Part shown: positions 49,461 through 59,300 of the stretch, piece after piece
How the letters are laid out: every line of letters begins with the position of its first letter
How positions within the stretch are numbered: the first letter of the stretch is position 1
Assembly: GCA_050246755.1 (NCBI GenBank)
Contig: JBFWVL010000001.1
Location: 64,001-128,000 of the forward strand
Length of the DNA: 64,000 bases
Reading direction: 5' to 3'
Origin: Bacteriovoracia bacterium
Lineage (GTDB): Bacteria > Bdellovibrionota > UBA1018 > CAIPTA01
The notes under the pieces: generated by a model
Database searches by the model: none
Told to the model about the DNA's origin: nothing
What the model saw: only the letters and a program-made list of their open reading frames with translations
Program-made: the position numbers and the translations under genes

Positions 49461-50804
49461 TTAATTGCCGATCTGGGCCGCGTCGGCTTCGTCCACGCCG
49501 TAGTACGTGAGGCCGAGGTGATTGATGAGCTCTTCTTTGCCGATAAAGCGCAGAGTATTCTCGAGCTTCAGCTTCTGCACTTGCAGGTCGTGTTCAGGCT
49601 TCAATCCCGGCTTCACGAGAGGATTCTTCAGGTAGAACGAAAGCCATTCCTGAATTCCTTTGAAACCGGAACGAGCCGAGAGGTCCAGGAACTGCGCGAG
49701 GTCGAGCACCAGCGGAGCAGCCAGGATGGAATCGCGGCAGAGGAAGTTGATCTTGATCTGCATGGGGTAACCCATCCAGCCGAAGATATCGATATTGTCC
49801 CAACCTTCTTTATTGTCGCCGCGGGGCTTGTAGTAATTGATCTTCACCAGGTGGTGGAGATCGCCGTAGAGGTGCGGGTAGCGCTCGGGCTCGAGCACGG
49901 AATCGAGCACGCTGAGCTTCGATACTTCTTTCGATTTGAAGGAATCGGGATCCTGCAAAACTTCGCCGTCGCGGTTGCCGAGGATATTCGTGGAATACCA
50001 GCCGGCGATGCCGAGCAAGCGGGCCTTAAGGCCGGGAGCCACGATGGTTTTCATCAGGGTTTGTCCGGTCTTGAAATCGGAACCCGCGATCGGCACGCCG
50101 CGGTCTTCAGCGAGCTTGATCAAGCAAGGAAGTTCTACGGAAAGGTTCGGGGCGCCCATCGCCATGGGAGCGCCTTCCATGATGGCCGCGTAGGTATACA
50201 TCATCGAGGGCGAGATATTGGGCGAGTTCTCTTTCATCGCCGTCTCGAAAGACTGGATGGTTTGGTGCTCGGGGCCCACGGTGAGGTAAGCCTCGGTGGA
50301 TCCGCACCATACGAGCACCACGCGCTCGCAGTTATTGTTCTTCTTGAAATTGCGGATGTCTTCGCGGAGCTGTTCGGCTAAATCAAATTTATTTTTGCCT
50401 TTTTTTACATTGGGGCCCGAGATCAGCTTCACGAACGCGGGATCGAAAACCGCGCTCATCGGCTTGATTTGCGAAAGCTCTTCCTTCACTTGCTCGAGGT
50501 GCTCTTTCTCGAGAACTTTGGCGTTCTTCGCGGCTTCGTAGGCGGTATCGTTATAGATATCCCAGCCGCCAAGCACGATGTCGTCTAGGCGTGCGAGCGG
50601 AAGGAATTCGCGGATGAGAGATTGGCGCTTTTCGGTGCGCTTCCCGAGACGGATATAGCCGCCTTCCGATAGAGAACCGATCGGCTTGGTGAAGCCTTTG
50701 CGTGCGGAGATCACACCGGCCATGAAGGTGGTGGATACGGCGCCCATTCCGGGGGTGAGAATACCTAAACGGCCAGTGGCCGGTTTAACGTTGGGGCTTT
50801 GCAT
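49461..50804 (-). CDS. ino1: myo-Inositol-1-phosphate synthase
   Basis: GMGAVSTT, GGWD, GSDFKTGQT, NILGNRDG, SK.SV, GDNKE.WD and CRDSILAAPL.LDL. Confidence 0.95.
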   Translation of the reverse strand: MQSPNVKPATGRLGILTPGMGAVSTTFMAGVISARKGFTKPIGSLSEGGYIRLGKRTEKRQSLIREFLPLARLDDIVLGGWDIYNDTAYEAAKNAKVLEKEHLEQVKEELSQIKPMSAVFDPAFVKLISGPNVKKGKNKFDLAEQLREDIRNFKKNNNCERVVLVWCGSTEAYLTVGPEHQTIQSFETAMKENSPNISPSMMYTYAAIMEGAPMAMGAPNLSVELPCLIKLAEDRGVPIAGSDFKTGQTLMKTIVAPGLKARLLGIAGWYSTNILGNRDGEVLQDPDSFKSKEVSKLSVLDSVLEPERYPHLYGDLHHLVKINYYKPRGDNKEGWDNIDIFGWMGYPMQIKINFLCRDSILAAPLVLDLAQFLDLSARSGFKGIQEWLSFYLKNPLVKPGLKPEHDLQVQKLKLENTLRFIGKEELINHLGLTYYGVDEADAAQIGN

Positions 50805-50865
50805 AGCGTAAATCCTCTTTCTGTGGAGGAATCCTAGTATCGCAAAGCACTAATTTCGTAAAGCG

Positions 50866-52182
50866 CTAGAGGGAAGCAATCGCCGGGTCCACTTCCGCCC
50901 CGACTACTTTGGACAAATTGGCCCAAGCCAGATGGTGATGATAAACTGCGTCAAAATAGTTTTTTGCCGTTTCCGCTCTAGCACCGTAAGCCTCAACTAA
51001 TCCTTTGGCATCCCCAAGACCCGACCCATAGCCGATCGCTTCGCCGGTGAGCCACTGCTTACCCACTTTATAGCCCTCCGTAGCGGCCTGGAGGCGCTTC
51101 TCAGCTTCTTCGAGCTCGAGGTAGGCCTTGCGTACCTCCGTGGCGATTCCCTGCCGTGCGTAGATCTCCTTGGCCTCCAGCTCATCGGCCTCGGCCTGAA
51201 ATTTACTGGCCTTGGCTTCCTGGAGCCCCCACTGGAAATCGAGCTTAAATCCCACCCCGATGGTGAAGGTGGATTTATTGTAGGGATCGTAGGCGAATGC
51301 CCCCGTCTGCACGGTGCGCACGTTGGTATCGGCCAAATCGTAGGAAGTGAGCCCGGCCAAAATCGGCCACCGCCCTTTTTTCTCGGCAATCGCCAAATTG
51401 CGTTTCGCGCTCTTTCCTTGGTCCAGCTGTTGGAACTCGGGCCGCTCTTTGGCCGCCATCTCGATATAATATTCCACGCTCTTTTTCTCGCGCTTCACCG
51501 GAATCAGCCATTTTTCTTTGGGAATCGCGGCGCCGCGCTCGGCCCCTACCCGCAAAGCGAACCCTTCCTGGGCCAGCTGGAAGTACTTCGAAATTTCGGC
51601 TTCGCGCCCTTCCACGTCGTGCAAAAAAATCTGCAGGCGGTACTTCTCTTTCGCGGCCGCCTGCTTTTTCTGTTTCCGCTCGGCCAGCGCCTTGGTGAGC
51701 TCGCCCTTGCCACCGCCGATAAAATCGAGCAGCGAATTGGCGAACTGGTAGCCGAAATAGGCTTCCTTCACTTCGTAGCGAAGCTGGAGCTCCTTTTGGC
51801 GCGATTCCGCTTCCTTTACTTTCACGCCGGCCTCGGCGGCCTTTTCGTAATTGCCTTTGCGCCCCCAGGTATAGATGGGCTGAGTAAGAGTGATTTTCCC
51901 GATGAAGATGCGGCCGATCACGTGCTTGTCTTCTTTGGACAAGCTCGCGTTTCCGGTGGCTTTGGTGATGGGCGCTCCGCCCAAGAGCATCTCGATATGC
52001 GGGCCGAACTCGCCGTCGACCCGCTTGATATCCGCGGCCGACTGCAGTTCCTGAAACCGCTGCGCGCGCAGATCGGAATTATCGCGCGCGGCGCGATCCA
52101 GGGCTTCCGCCAAACCGAGATCCTGGGCAAAAGCCGAAACACTAAGCCAGAGAGCGCAGAAAAAAAGAAGAATCGCTTTCAA
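50866..52182 (-). CDS. TolC family outer-membrane protein
   Basis: Signal peptide; two OEP-like repeats (LTQPIYTWG, V..AYF; EVRKAYLEL). Confidence 0.88.
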   Translation of the reverse strand: MKAILLFFCALWLSVSAFAQDLGLAEALDRAARDNSDLRAQRFQELQSAADIKRVDGEFGPHIEMLLGGAPITKATGNASLSKEDKHVIGRIFIGKITLTQPIYTWGRKGNYEKAAEAGVKVKEAESRQKELQLRYEVKEAYFGYQFANSLLDFIGGGKGELTKALAERKQKKQAAAKEKYRLQIFLHDVEGREAEISKYFQLAQEGFALRVGAERGAAIPKEKWLIPVKREKKSVEYYIEMAAKERPEFQQLDQGKSAKRNLAIAEKKGRWPILAGLTSYDLADTNVRTVQTGAFAYDPYNKSTFTIGVGFKLDFQWGLQEAKASKFQAEADELEAKEIYARQGIATEVRKAYLELEEAEKRLQAATEGYKVGKQWLTGEAIGYGSGLGDAKGLVEAYGARAETAKNYFDAVYHHHLAWANLSKVVGAEVDPAIASL

Positions 52183-52185
52183 TCG

Positions 52186-52752
52186 TTATGCCTTTCCCGC
52201 CTTGAGGTCGGCGAGCCGGCGCGACATCGCGTCCTTGAGGCCCTGCCATTTTTTCTTTTTCAGCACGTCGCTCACTTGATCGCGAATCGAATCCACCCAG
52301 GAGATCCCGGAGATCGATACGTCCACCACGCGCCAAGATCCGTCGCTGCCTTTTTGCAAGCGGTATTCTACGTCGGTAAGGTCGGCCTTATTCTGCACCG
52401 TGCTCTTCACGGTAGCGCCGTTCCCATTTTCTTTCACGGCCTCGTAATTGATCTTCACGCCGTTAAGAAATTCGGGCGCCTTAGGATAAACCGTGCGGGC
52501 GATGATCTCTTGCAGCGTGGCGCGGAACCATTCGAAATCTTTCGCCGGCGTGGTTTTGAAATTCTTGCCGAGCGCGCCCTTGGCGAGAGCCGAAAAATCA
52601 ACGGCCCCGTTCACTTCGGATTGCTTGGCCGCGCTGTTGGCGATTTCGGGCGCGCTGGCTTTCGCGAAGATATCCTGCACCACTTCCTGGGGTTTCTGGA
52701 TCGCGGCCAAGGCGGAGAAAGGCAGTAAGAGGCAGAGGATGGCGATTTTCAT
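52186..52752 (-). CDS. MlaC/Ttg2D family lipid-binding protein
   Basis: Signal peptide; VDF..LA..ALG, VEYRL..W.VVDV.I.GIS.V..R.Q; ATGA overlap with mtaB. Confidence 0.85.
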   Translation of the reverse strand: MKIAILCLLLPFSALAAIQKPQEVVQDIFAKASAPEIANSAAKQSEVNGAVDFSALAKGALGKNFKTTPAKDFEWFRATLQEIIARTVYPKAPEFLNGVKINYEAVKENGNGATVKSTVQNKADLTDVEYRLQKGSDGSWRVVDVSISGISWVDSIRDQVSDVLKKKKWQGLKDAMSRRLADLKAGKA

Positions 52753-54107
52753 AACAGTTCTCCTTTTAGATAATCTTTTTCGCCCACGCCCACGATGCGC
52801 GCACGCACCAGTTCGTTCGGCTTGCAATCGGCGGGAATCAGCACGCGATGATAATTCCGGGCGTGGCCCTGAGAGCAAAGCCGCGTGCCCACGCGCACTT
52901 TCTTTTCTTCGATCAAAACTTCCATCACCGACCCCACTTTGGATTGCAGGGCGCCGGCGAGCTTTTTCTCCCCAAGCGCACGGAGACGGGCGGCGCGCTC
53001 CTGAATGATGGCACGGGGCACCTCCTGCCCTCCGGCCACGATCCTGGCGGCGGTAGTATTCCGCCGCACGGAAAAAGGAAACACGTGTGCGCGCGTCCAG
53101 GGGAGACGCTCGAGCCGCGCGAAAGAATCCTCGAATTCTTCGTCGGTCTCGGTGGGAAAACCCGCGATCACGTCCATGCCCACGTAGGCGTGGGGAAGCT
53201 TTTGGGCGATCGCGCTCAGGCGCTCTTCCACTTCGCCGGCGCCGTAGCCGCGCTTCATCGCCTTAAGCACCGAAGAGTTCGCCGACTGCAGCGACACATG
53301 AAAGTGCGGGCAGAGCCGCGGCTCAAACGCCATCAGGTTCAGCAAGCGATCGGGAATTTCCGCGGGATCGAGCGAAGTGAGGCGCACACGGCGAATCGTG
53401 GTTTCGGCCAGAACTTTTTCCACGAGGGCGGTGAAATCCATCCCGCCGGATTCATAATCCGCGGCGTGGATTGCGGTGAGCACCACTTCTTTCACGCCGG
53501 CCTGCACGAGCGCATTCACTTCGGCCACGATCTCGGCGGCCGGGATGCTGCGGCTGCGGCCGCGCGCCATGGGAATCACGCAGTAAGAACAGAAAGCGTT
53601 GCAGCCGTCCTGCACTTTAAGGAAGGCCCGGGTGCGTGGCGCGCCCGAAGAATAGTCCGGGCCGATCTGCGGCGGGCGATTCTCCAGAATCCGGCTATGC
53701 CACGCGGCCCGATCGCCCGATACCACTGCGCCCGCGGATTTTTCCCCGGCGAGCCAGGAACTCACCACGTTAGCTAATTCAAACTTTCCACTATTGCGAA
53801 CCACACGCACATCTTTTCCGGCGGGAGCGGCGCCCGTGAGAACGTCGGGATCCACCTCGGCCAGGCAACCCGTGGCGATCGTGAGTCCCGCTTGCGTGGC
53901 GCGGAGGAAGTGTTTCGCTTCCTTATCCGCTTGGTCCGTAACCGTGCAGGTATTGAGCAAGTATAAATCGGGAGTTTGATCATCGGGGGCCGAACGCCCC
54001 CCCAGATTTTGCAGCGTTGCTTCAAGCGCGTGCGAGTCGGTCAGGTTCGCCTTGCAGCCCATCGTAGAAATACTATAGGTGAAAGCGCTTTTCCCCGGCT
54101 CAGTCAA
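52749..54107 (-). CDS. mtaB: tRNA methylthiotransferase, MtaB type (start approximate, TTG)
   Basis: TMGCKAN, NTCTVT..AD, TGC, RAFLKVQDGCNAFCSYC radical SAM motif, HVFPFS.R and TRAM domain. Confidence 0.88.
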   Translation of the reverse strand: MTEPGKSAFTYSISTMGCKANLTDSHALEATLQNLGGRSAPDDQTPDLYLLNTCTVTDQADKEAKHFLRATQAGLTIATGCLAEVDPDVLTGAAPAGKDVRVVRNSGKFELANVVSSWLAGEKSAGAVVSGDRAAWHSRILENRPPQIGPDYSSGAPRTRAFLKVQDGCNAFCSYCVIPMARGRSRSIPAAEIVAEVNALVQAGVKEVVLTAIHAADYESGGMDFTALVEKVLAETTIRRVRLTSLDPAEIPDRLLNLMAFEPRLCPHFHVSLQSANSSVLKAMKRGYGAGEVEERLSAIAQKLPHAYVGMDVIAGFPTETDEEFEDSFARLERLPWTRAHVFPFSVRRNTTAARIVAGGQEVPRAIIQERAARLRALGEKKLAGALQSKVGSVMEVLIEEKKVRVGTRLCSQGHARNYHRVLIPADCKPNELVRARIVGVGEKDYLKGELL

Positions 54108-55257
54108 GCGTGGCTCCCGCGGGGGAAACCGACTCGATCCAGCCTCCGCCAAGCACGGTTTCGCCCTCGTAGAGCACCACGGCTTGCCCCGGCGTGATCG
54201 CGCGCTGCGGTTCCACGAATTCGATCTCGGCGCGGTTGCCGGCAAATAAGCGCACTTTGGCGGGCGAGCCTTCATGGCGCGAGCGAATCCGCGCGGTCAC
54301 CAAGCGATCCTGGGTGAAATCGCCGCCGGCCATCCAATTGAAATCCTGCGCAATGAAAGTGCTACGGAATAAATTCTTTTCCGGTTCGAGGCGCACGTTC
54401 CCGCTATCGGGATCGATGGCGGAGATAAATAGGTCGCTGCCGTAGTTGAGTTTCTGCGCCATTTGGAGCACTTCCGGCGGGATGCCTTTTCGCTGGCCCA
54501 CCGTAAAGTGATGCACGCCGAGGTGAGCCCCCGCGATTTCGCCGGAGGGAAGCACGAAATTTCCGGGCACGAATACTCCGGGGCCCACTTTTCCCTCGAT
54601 GAATTTCGCGTAGCCTTCCGAGCCCACGAAGCAAATTTCCTGGGAGTCCGGCTTTTTTGAAACGCGCAGCAGGCCGAGCTCTTCGGCGAGCTTTCTCACC
54701 TGAATTTTGCGCAAGTCGCCCAGCGGCATGAGCGTGCGCTTGAGCTGCTCCTGCGAAAGCCCGAACAAGTAATAGCTCTGGTCTTTCAGCTCATCCACCG
54801 CGCGCAGGATCGAATAGCGGCCGCTTTGATCATCGTGGTGCACTTTCGCATAGTGGCCCGTGGCCACGAAATCGGCGCCCATTTCGAGGGCGCGCTCCAT
54901 CAAATAATCAAATTTTATGTAGTTATTGCAGAGCACGCAGGGGTTGGGGGTGCGGGCCTGCAGGTACTCGGCCACGAAGTAATCGATCACGCGGGACTCG
55001 AAGGCATCCACGGCGTTCACCACGAAAAAAGGAACGCCTAGGGTATCGCAAACACGGCGGGCGTCATTCATGTCCGAGATCGAGCAGCAGGAATCGAATC
55101 GATCCTTCTCGTCTTTCTTGGCATCGAAGGTCTGGATCGACATTCCGATCACGTCGTAGCCCTGCAATTGCAGGAGCGCGGCCGTAACGGAAGAGTCTAC
55201 TCCTCCGCTCATGGCTACCACCACTTTGCCTTTGGATTTCGATACTTGTGTGGGCAT
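54100..55257 (-). CDS. mnmA: tRNA 2-thiouridylase
   Basis: AMSGGVDSS, TPNPC..CN..IKF, ATGHY, KDQSY, DSQEICF, TVGQRKG and PGQAVV. Confidence 0.97.
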   Translation of the reverse strand: MPTQVSKSKGKVVVAMSGGVDSSVTAALLQLQGYDVIGMSIQTFDAKKDEKDRFDSCCSISDMNDARRVCDTLGVPFFVVNAVDAFESRVIDYFVAEYLQARTPNPCVLCNNYIKFDYLMERALEMGADFVATGHYAKVHHDDQSGRYSILRAVDELKDQSYYLFGLSQEQLKRTLMPLGDLRKIQVRKLAEELGLLRVSKKPDSQEICFVGSEGYAKFIEGKVGPGVFVPGNFVLPSGEIAGAHLGVHHFTVGQRKGIPPEVLQMAQKLNYGSDLFISAIDPDSGNVRLEPEKNLFRSTFIAQDFNWMAGGDFTQDRLVTARIRSRHEGSPAKVRLFAGNRAEIEFVEPQRAITPGQAVVLYEGETVLGGGWIESVSPAGATLD

Positions 55258-55312
55258 TTGGGGCCGAGATTACAGGCTTCGACGCCGAACGTCAACCGCG
55301 AGCGAGCATCGT

Positions 55313-56548
55313 TTAATGGGCCGGAATTCCCGTGCGGAGCGATGCGCGCTGGGGCTGGGCGCGGATTCTTTCGACCACTCGCATCAAAACCAGCACAAAT
55401 CCCCTAATTTCTTCCTCGGTATTTCCGCTACCTAGGGAAACCCGCAATGCCGATTGCGCCGCCAACTTATCGAATCCCATTGCCAAAAGAACGTGAGACG
55501 GCAAAATCGTGCCCGAGTTACAGGCGGATCCCGAGGAGAGCGCGTAGCCCTCGAGATCGAGGCCCATCAGGAGCGATTCCCCCCTCACATCGGCGAAGAG
55601 AAAGTTGCTGGTGTTCACCAAGCGCTTTGCCTTGGAACCCTGAATCTGGGCTCCGGGCACCCCGGCCACTACTAACTCTTCCAATAATTTCCGGAGGCGA
55701 TCCGTCTCATTTAAATCTTTTTTGGCCAAGGCCGCGGCGGCGGCGCCAAAAGCCGCGATTCCGGCCACGTTCATCGTGCCTGCCCGGCGGCTGCGCTCAT
55801 GGGCTCCGCCGTGGAGGAGAGGAATCAGCTTCACGCCCCGGCGAATCAGCAGCGCCCCCACCCCTTTGGCTCCCCCAATTTTGTGCGCGGAGAAGCTCGC
55901 CAGGTCTACCGGCGCTCCCGCCAGCGTAAAACCAGGAAGCTTTCCCGGCGCCTGCACGGCATCAAGGTGAAATAAGGCGCCGTATTTTTTGGCGATCGCG
56001 GCCGCTTCGGCCCAAGGAAAGATCACGCCGGTTTCGTTGTTGGCGGCCATCATCGAAACCAGCGTGGGTTCGCCCTTCACTTCCTTGAGCAGGCCTTCCA
56101 AAATTCCGAGGTCTAATTCCCCCTGGGAATTCACCGGCATGATGGCCACGGCGGCCCCAAGCTCGGCGAGGAAGCGTAAGGTATCGAGGGTGGCTTCGTG
56201 CTCCACTTCGGTGGTGATGAAATGGGCGCGCAGCCCCAACTTCTGCTGCTGAAAGAAAAAACCCTTGAGCGCGGTATTGATGGATTCGGTGGCCGAAGCC
56301 GTGAAACAGATATCTTCCGGTTCCTCGATCCCGAAGGCGGCGGCGATCAGCTCACGTGCGTCTTCAATCGCGGCCTTGCCCTTACGGCCGGCGGCGTGGA
56401 TGCTAGAGGCATTACCAAAATTAGAATGGGAATCAGAAAGGGTGGAAGAATAAAGGAGCAGAGCACCTTGGGCGCCCTGCTCCATTATGGTCGTGGCATT
56501 ATGATCAAGATAGATCGGTTTCAATGCGCTTGTTATTGGTCTGTTCAT
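55313..56548 (-). CDS. iscS: Cysteine desulfurase, IscS/NifS type
   Basis: YLDHNATT, NASSIH, ANNETG, SAHKIGG.KG, RAGT and SSGSAC. Confidence 0.9.
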   Translation of the reverse strand: MNRPITSALKPIYLDHNATTIMEQGAQGALLLYSSTLSDSHSNFGNASSIHAAGRKGKAAIEDARELIAAAFGIEEPEDICFTASATESINTALKGFFFQQQKLGLRAHFITTEVEHEATLDTLRFLAELGAAVAIMPVNSQGELDLGILEGLLKEVKGEPTLVSMMAANNETGVIFPWAEAAAIAKKYGALFHLDAVQAPGKLPGFTLAGAPVDLASFSAHKIGGAKGVGALLIRRGVKLIPLLHGGAHERSRRAGTMNVAGIAAFGAAAAALAKKDLNETDRLRKLLEELVVAGVPGAQIQGSKAKRLVNTSNFLFADVRGESLLMGLDLEGYALSSGSACNSGTILPSHVLLAMGFDKLAAQSALRVSLGSGNTEEEIRGFVLVLMRVVERIRAQPQRASLRTGIPAH

Positions 56549-57023
56549 TCTGGATTCCAACGTTCGTGTTCGTTGCGTTGGTGCCAGCCTGAGCAGCGGT
56601 TTTGGTATCGCCACGGGCCTTGCGAATCAAATCGCCGAGGGTGGTGGTTTCCAAATACTCTTGCATCAGCACTGCGAGGTTTTCGAAGTAGCTCTTGGTA
56701 AGAACGAATTCTACCGTGGAGTCCTTCACGTCAACCGGACCAACGATATCGCGGGCGGGGTTGATGTTCTCGCCTACCGAGAGGAGTACATCTTTCACTG
56801 CGATGTCGTCCATGGAGCGGGCTAGCAAGTAGCCGCCACCAGGGCCGCGTACGCTTTTTACTACGTTGCCTTTACGAAGGCGACGGAACAATTGCTCCAA
56901 GTAGTGTAGCGAAATCTTTTGGCGCTCGCTGATTTCCTGCAACCGAACCGGCTTTCCGCTCGAATTGAACGTAAGATCCAGAATCGCCCGCACTGCGTAT
57001 CTACCTTTAGAAGTAAGTCTCAT
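56505..57023 (-). CDS. Rrf2 family regulator (IscR-like N-terminus, no cysteines)
   Basis: MRLTSKGRYAV..I.ERQ.IS..YLEQLF..SVRGPGGGY. Confidence 0.92.
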   Translation of the reverse strand: MRLTSKGRYAVRAILDLTFNSSGKPVRLQEISERQKISLHYLEQLFRRLRKGNVVKSVRGPGGGYLLARSMDDIAVKDVLLSVGENINPARDIVGPVDVKDSTVEFVLTKSYFENLAVLMQEYLETTTLGDLIRKARGDTKTAAQAGTNATNTNVGIQNEQTNNKRIETDLS

Positions 57024-57087
57024 ATTCGTAACCCCCTAGGCTCTCGCCCATTCCATACTATCCATCTGATTTTTTACCATCGCGCTG

Positions 57088-57116
57088 ATCGGGCATCAAC
57101 TAATCGGGTCAACTAG
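57088..57116 (-). promoter_or_regulatory. Possible Rrf2/IscR-type operator
   Basis: Minus strand CTAGTTGACCCGATTAGTTGATGCCCGAT: imperfect direct repeat resembling the TAGTTGACC IscR half-site. Confidence 0.35.
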
Positions 57117-57189
57117 TCACGCATCGATGCAACGCATCATATGAATGTTTTCTCCTATTGGAATAATAAAGTCAACAACCAAAAATGTT

Positions 57190-57633
57190 TTAGTCGACAA
57201 TTTTTAGTGAGGCAGAAAAAGTTATCGATCGACCAGTCGCGTCAGTCTCGAGATGCACGTCAATCGAGCGTCTCGAGATAGGCAAGTTCGGCAGTCGGAT
57301 TTGATCCGGCCACTCAATAAAATAGATTTTCTCCTCTTCGAAGAACTCGGCGCCGCCAAACTCTTCCAATCCCGAGTTACTCGATAACCTATAGAAATCA
57401 CAGTGGATTATGGGGGCAACCAAGCTTTCATACTCGTGAACAAGGGAAAAGGTAGGACTATGAACTTCTGCGGCATCTCCCCCCAGCCCACCCACAAGTC
57501 CGCGAACCAAAGTAGTTTTTCCCGCCCCCAGCGACCCTGTAATTTTTACAATATCACCTGGCTTCAAGATCCTGGAAAACTTCTCCCCAAAACGTTCGGT
57601 GGCTTCCGAATCGGGTAAAAAAACTTTCTTCAC
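57190..57633 (-). CDS. tsaE: t6A biosynthesis ATPase TsaE
   Basis: GSLGAGKTT..RG, V.SPTFSLV.EY, H.D.YRL and IEWP. Confidence 0.96.
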   Translation of the reverse strand: MKKVFLPDSEATERFGEKFSRILKPGDIVKITGSLGAGKTTLVRGLVGGLGGDAAEVHSPTFSLVHEYESLVAPIIHCDFYRLSSNSGLEEFGGAEFFEEEKIYFIEWPDQIRLPNLPISRRSIDVHLETDATGRSITFSASLKIVD

Positions 57634-59189
57634 GATAAAAGTTCGCGCTGCTTTCGGAGGTCGAGGAAAGAATCTCCGAGGTGAGAAATGATATCGGAGG
57701 CCGTCATGGAGCGGTGACCAAGACGCTGAGAAGCAAAATCCCCCGCCATGCTGTGGAGAAACACGCCAAGGCAGACCGCATCTTTAGGATCCATCTTCTG
57801 CTGGCCCACAATCCCGCCAATCATTCCGGCCAGCACGTCGCCCGAGCCCGCGGTGGCCATCCCATCGTTAGGATAATGGTTCAGGTAGATATGCCCGTCG
57901 CCCGCGCAGATAAAGGTGGTGGCGCCCTTCAGCAGCACGATCGAATTAGTTTCCTCGGCGGCGCGTTCCACCATTTCCTTGGGATGATCCACTACCTCGG
58001 CCTTGGGCACGCTCAGCAGGCGCGAGAGCTCGCCGGGGTGCGGGGTGAGGATCGTAGGGCCTTTGCGGCGGTGTAATTTTTCCCGCAGCTCGGGTTTGGC
58101 GAGGAGGGTAATGCCGTCGGCGTCGATCACGAGCGGACCGCGGAAATAGTCGATAAAATCGCCCAAAACTTTTTGGGCGCGCTCATCGGTGCCCATGCCG
58201 GGCCCTACCACCACCGAGGAATAATGATTCACGGCCTCGCGGCTTTTTAGGTAGCTCTCCTCTTCCATCCAGAGGGGATGCACCATCAATTCATCTTCCA
58301 CGCGCGTGAGCAATTGCTCGTAGGAATCGTCCCAGGTGAGCACGCTCACCAGGCCGGATCCCACCCGCAAGCAGGCCCGGGCCGCCATCGAGATCGCGCC
58401 GAGCGTTCCCTTGGATCCGCCGAACAATAAAGTGTGGCCGAAAGAATTTTTATGACCATAGCGATCGCGGCGGCGCAAGAGCGGAGCCACATTGGATTTC
58501 GCGAGCGCGTGGATGCCGCCTTCGTTGCGGAAGGAAACCGGCAAGGCGATGTCCACGATGCGCAGCTCCCCGCGGTGCACGGCGCCCGGCGCGATATAGT
58601 GGCCGATTTTGGCGAAGCCGAACGCGATGGTGAGGTCAGCGTAGATGGCCTGGCCGATCACGGCGCCGGTGGTGGCGTCCACGCCGGTAGGAATATCGAG
58701 GGAGATCACGAAATCGGTTTTGGCGTTGATGATATCCACCACGTCGGCAAAAAGGCCGGCGAGCGGCCCCTTGAATCCGATGCCGAGCAAACCGTCCACG
58801 CAGAGGAAAGGCCCCGTGGCGCTCTCGAAAAATTCCTCGAGGGGGCCCACGTTATCGAGCACGACCGGGCGGATTTTTTGCTCGAGCAGAATTTCCAGAT
58901 TCTGCTTCGACTCGTCTTTGTAGGCATCGAAGCTATGAAGGAGAAATAGCTTTACGCGTTTGCCCATGGCCACGAGCTGACGCGCCACCACGAGGGCATC
59001 TCCGCCGTTCTTCCCTTTGCCGGCGAAGACCAAGATATCGGAGCCGTAATTGAGCTCTGCTTGTTTGGCGGCCACGATCTCGGCGGCGCGGAGACCTGCG
59101 TTTTCCATCAGCACGATGGAAGGAATTTTAAATTTACGAATGGCGAGCTCGTCGATGTCTCGCATTTCCCGGGATGTCACTACGCGCAT
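57630..59189 (-). CDS. nnr: Bifunctional NAD(P)H-hydrate epimerase/dehydratase
   Basis: LMENAG, GKNGGD, DIPTG, HKNSFG, GPGMG, DADG, TPHPGE and ATAGSGDVLAG. Confidence 0.95.
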   Translation of the reverse strand: MRVVTSREMRDIDELAIRKFKIPSIVLMENAGLRAAEIVAAKQAELNYGSDILVFAGKGKNGGDALVVARQLVAMGKRVKLFLLHSFDAYKDESKQNLEILLEQKIRPVVLDNVGPLEEFFESATGPFLCVDGLLGIGFKGPLAGLFADVVDIINAKTDFVISLDIPTGVDATTGAVIGQAIYADLTIAFGFAKIGHYIAPGAVHRGELRIVDIALPVSFRNEGGIHALAKSNVAPLLRRRDRYGHKNSFGHTLLFGGSKGTLGAISMAARACLRVGSGLVSVLTWDDSYEQLLTRVEDELMVHPLWMEEESYLKSREAVNHYSSVVVGPGMGTDERAQKVLGDFIDYFRGPLVIDADGITLLAKPELREKLHRRKGPTILTPHPGELSRLLSVPKAEVVDHPKEMVERAAEETNSIVLLKGATTFICAGDGHIYLNHYPNDGMATAGSGDVLAGMIGGIVGQQKMDPKDAVCLGVFLHSMAGDFASQRLGHRSMTASDIISHLGDSFLDLRKQRELLS

Positions 59190-59300
59190 GGAAGCCTCCG
59201 GAAAGGAGCTTAGCATAAGGAAGCGGAGGCGAATAATGGGTTTCCGATGCTGCAGAGTGCCGCCCTAGGCGCACAGGGATTTCCTTGCTAGATTCTCCCC

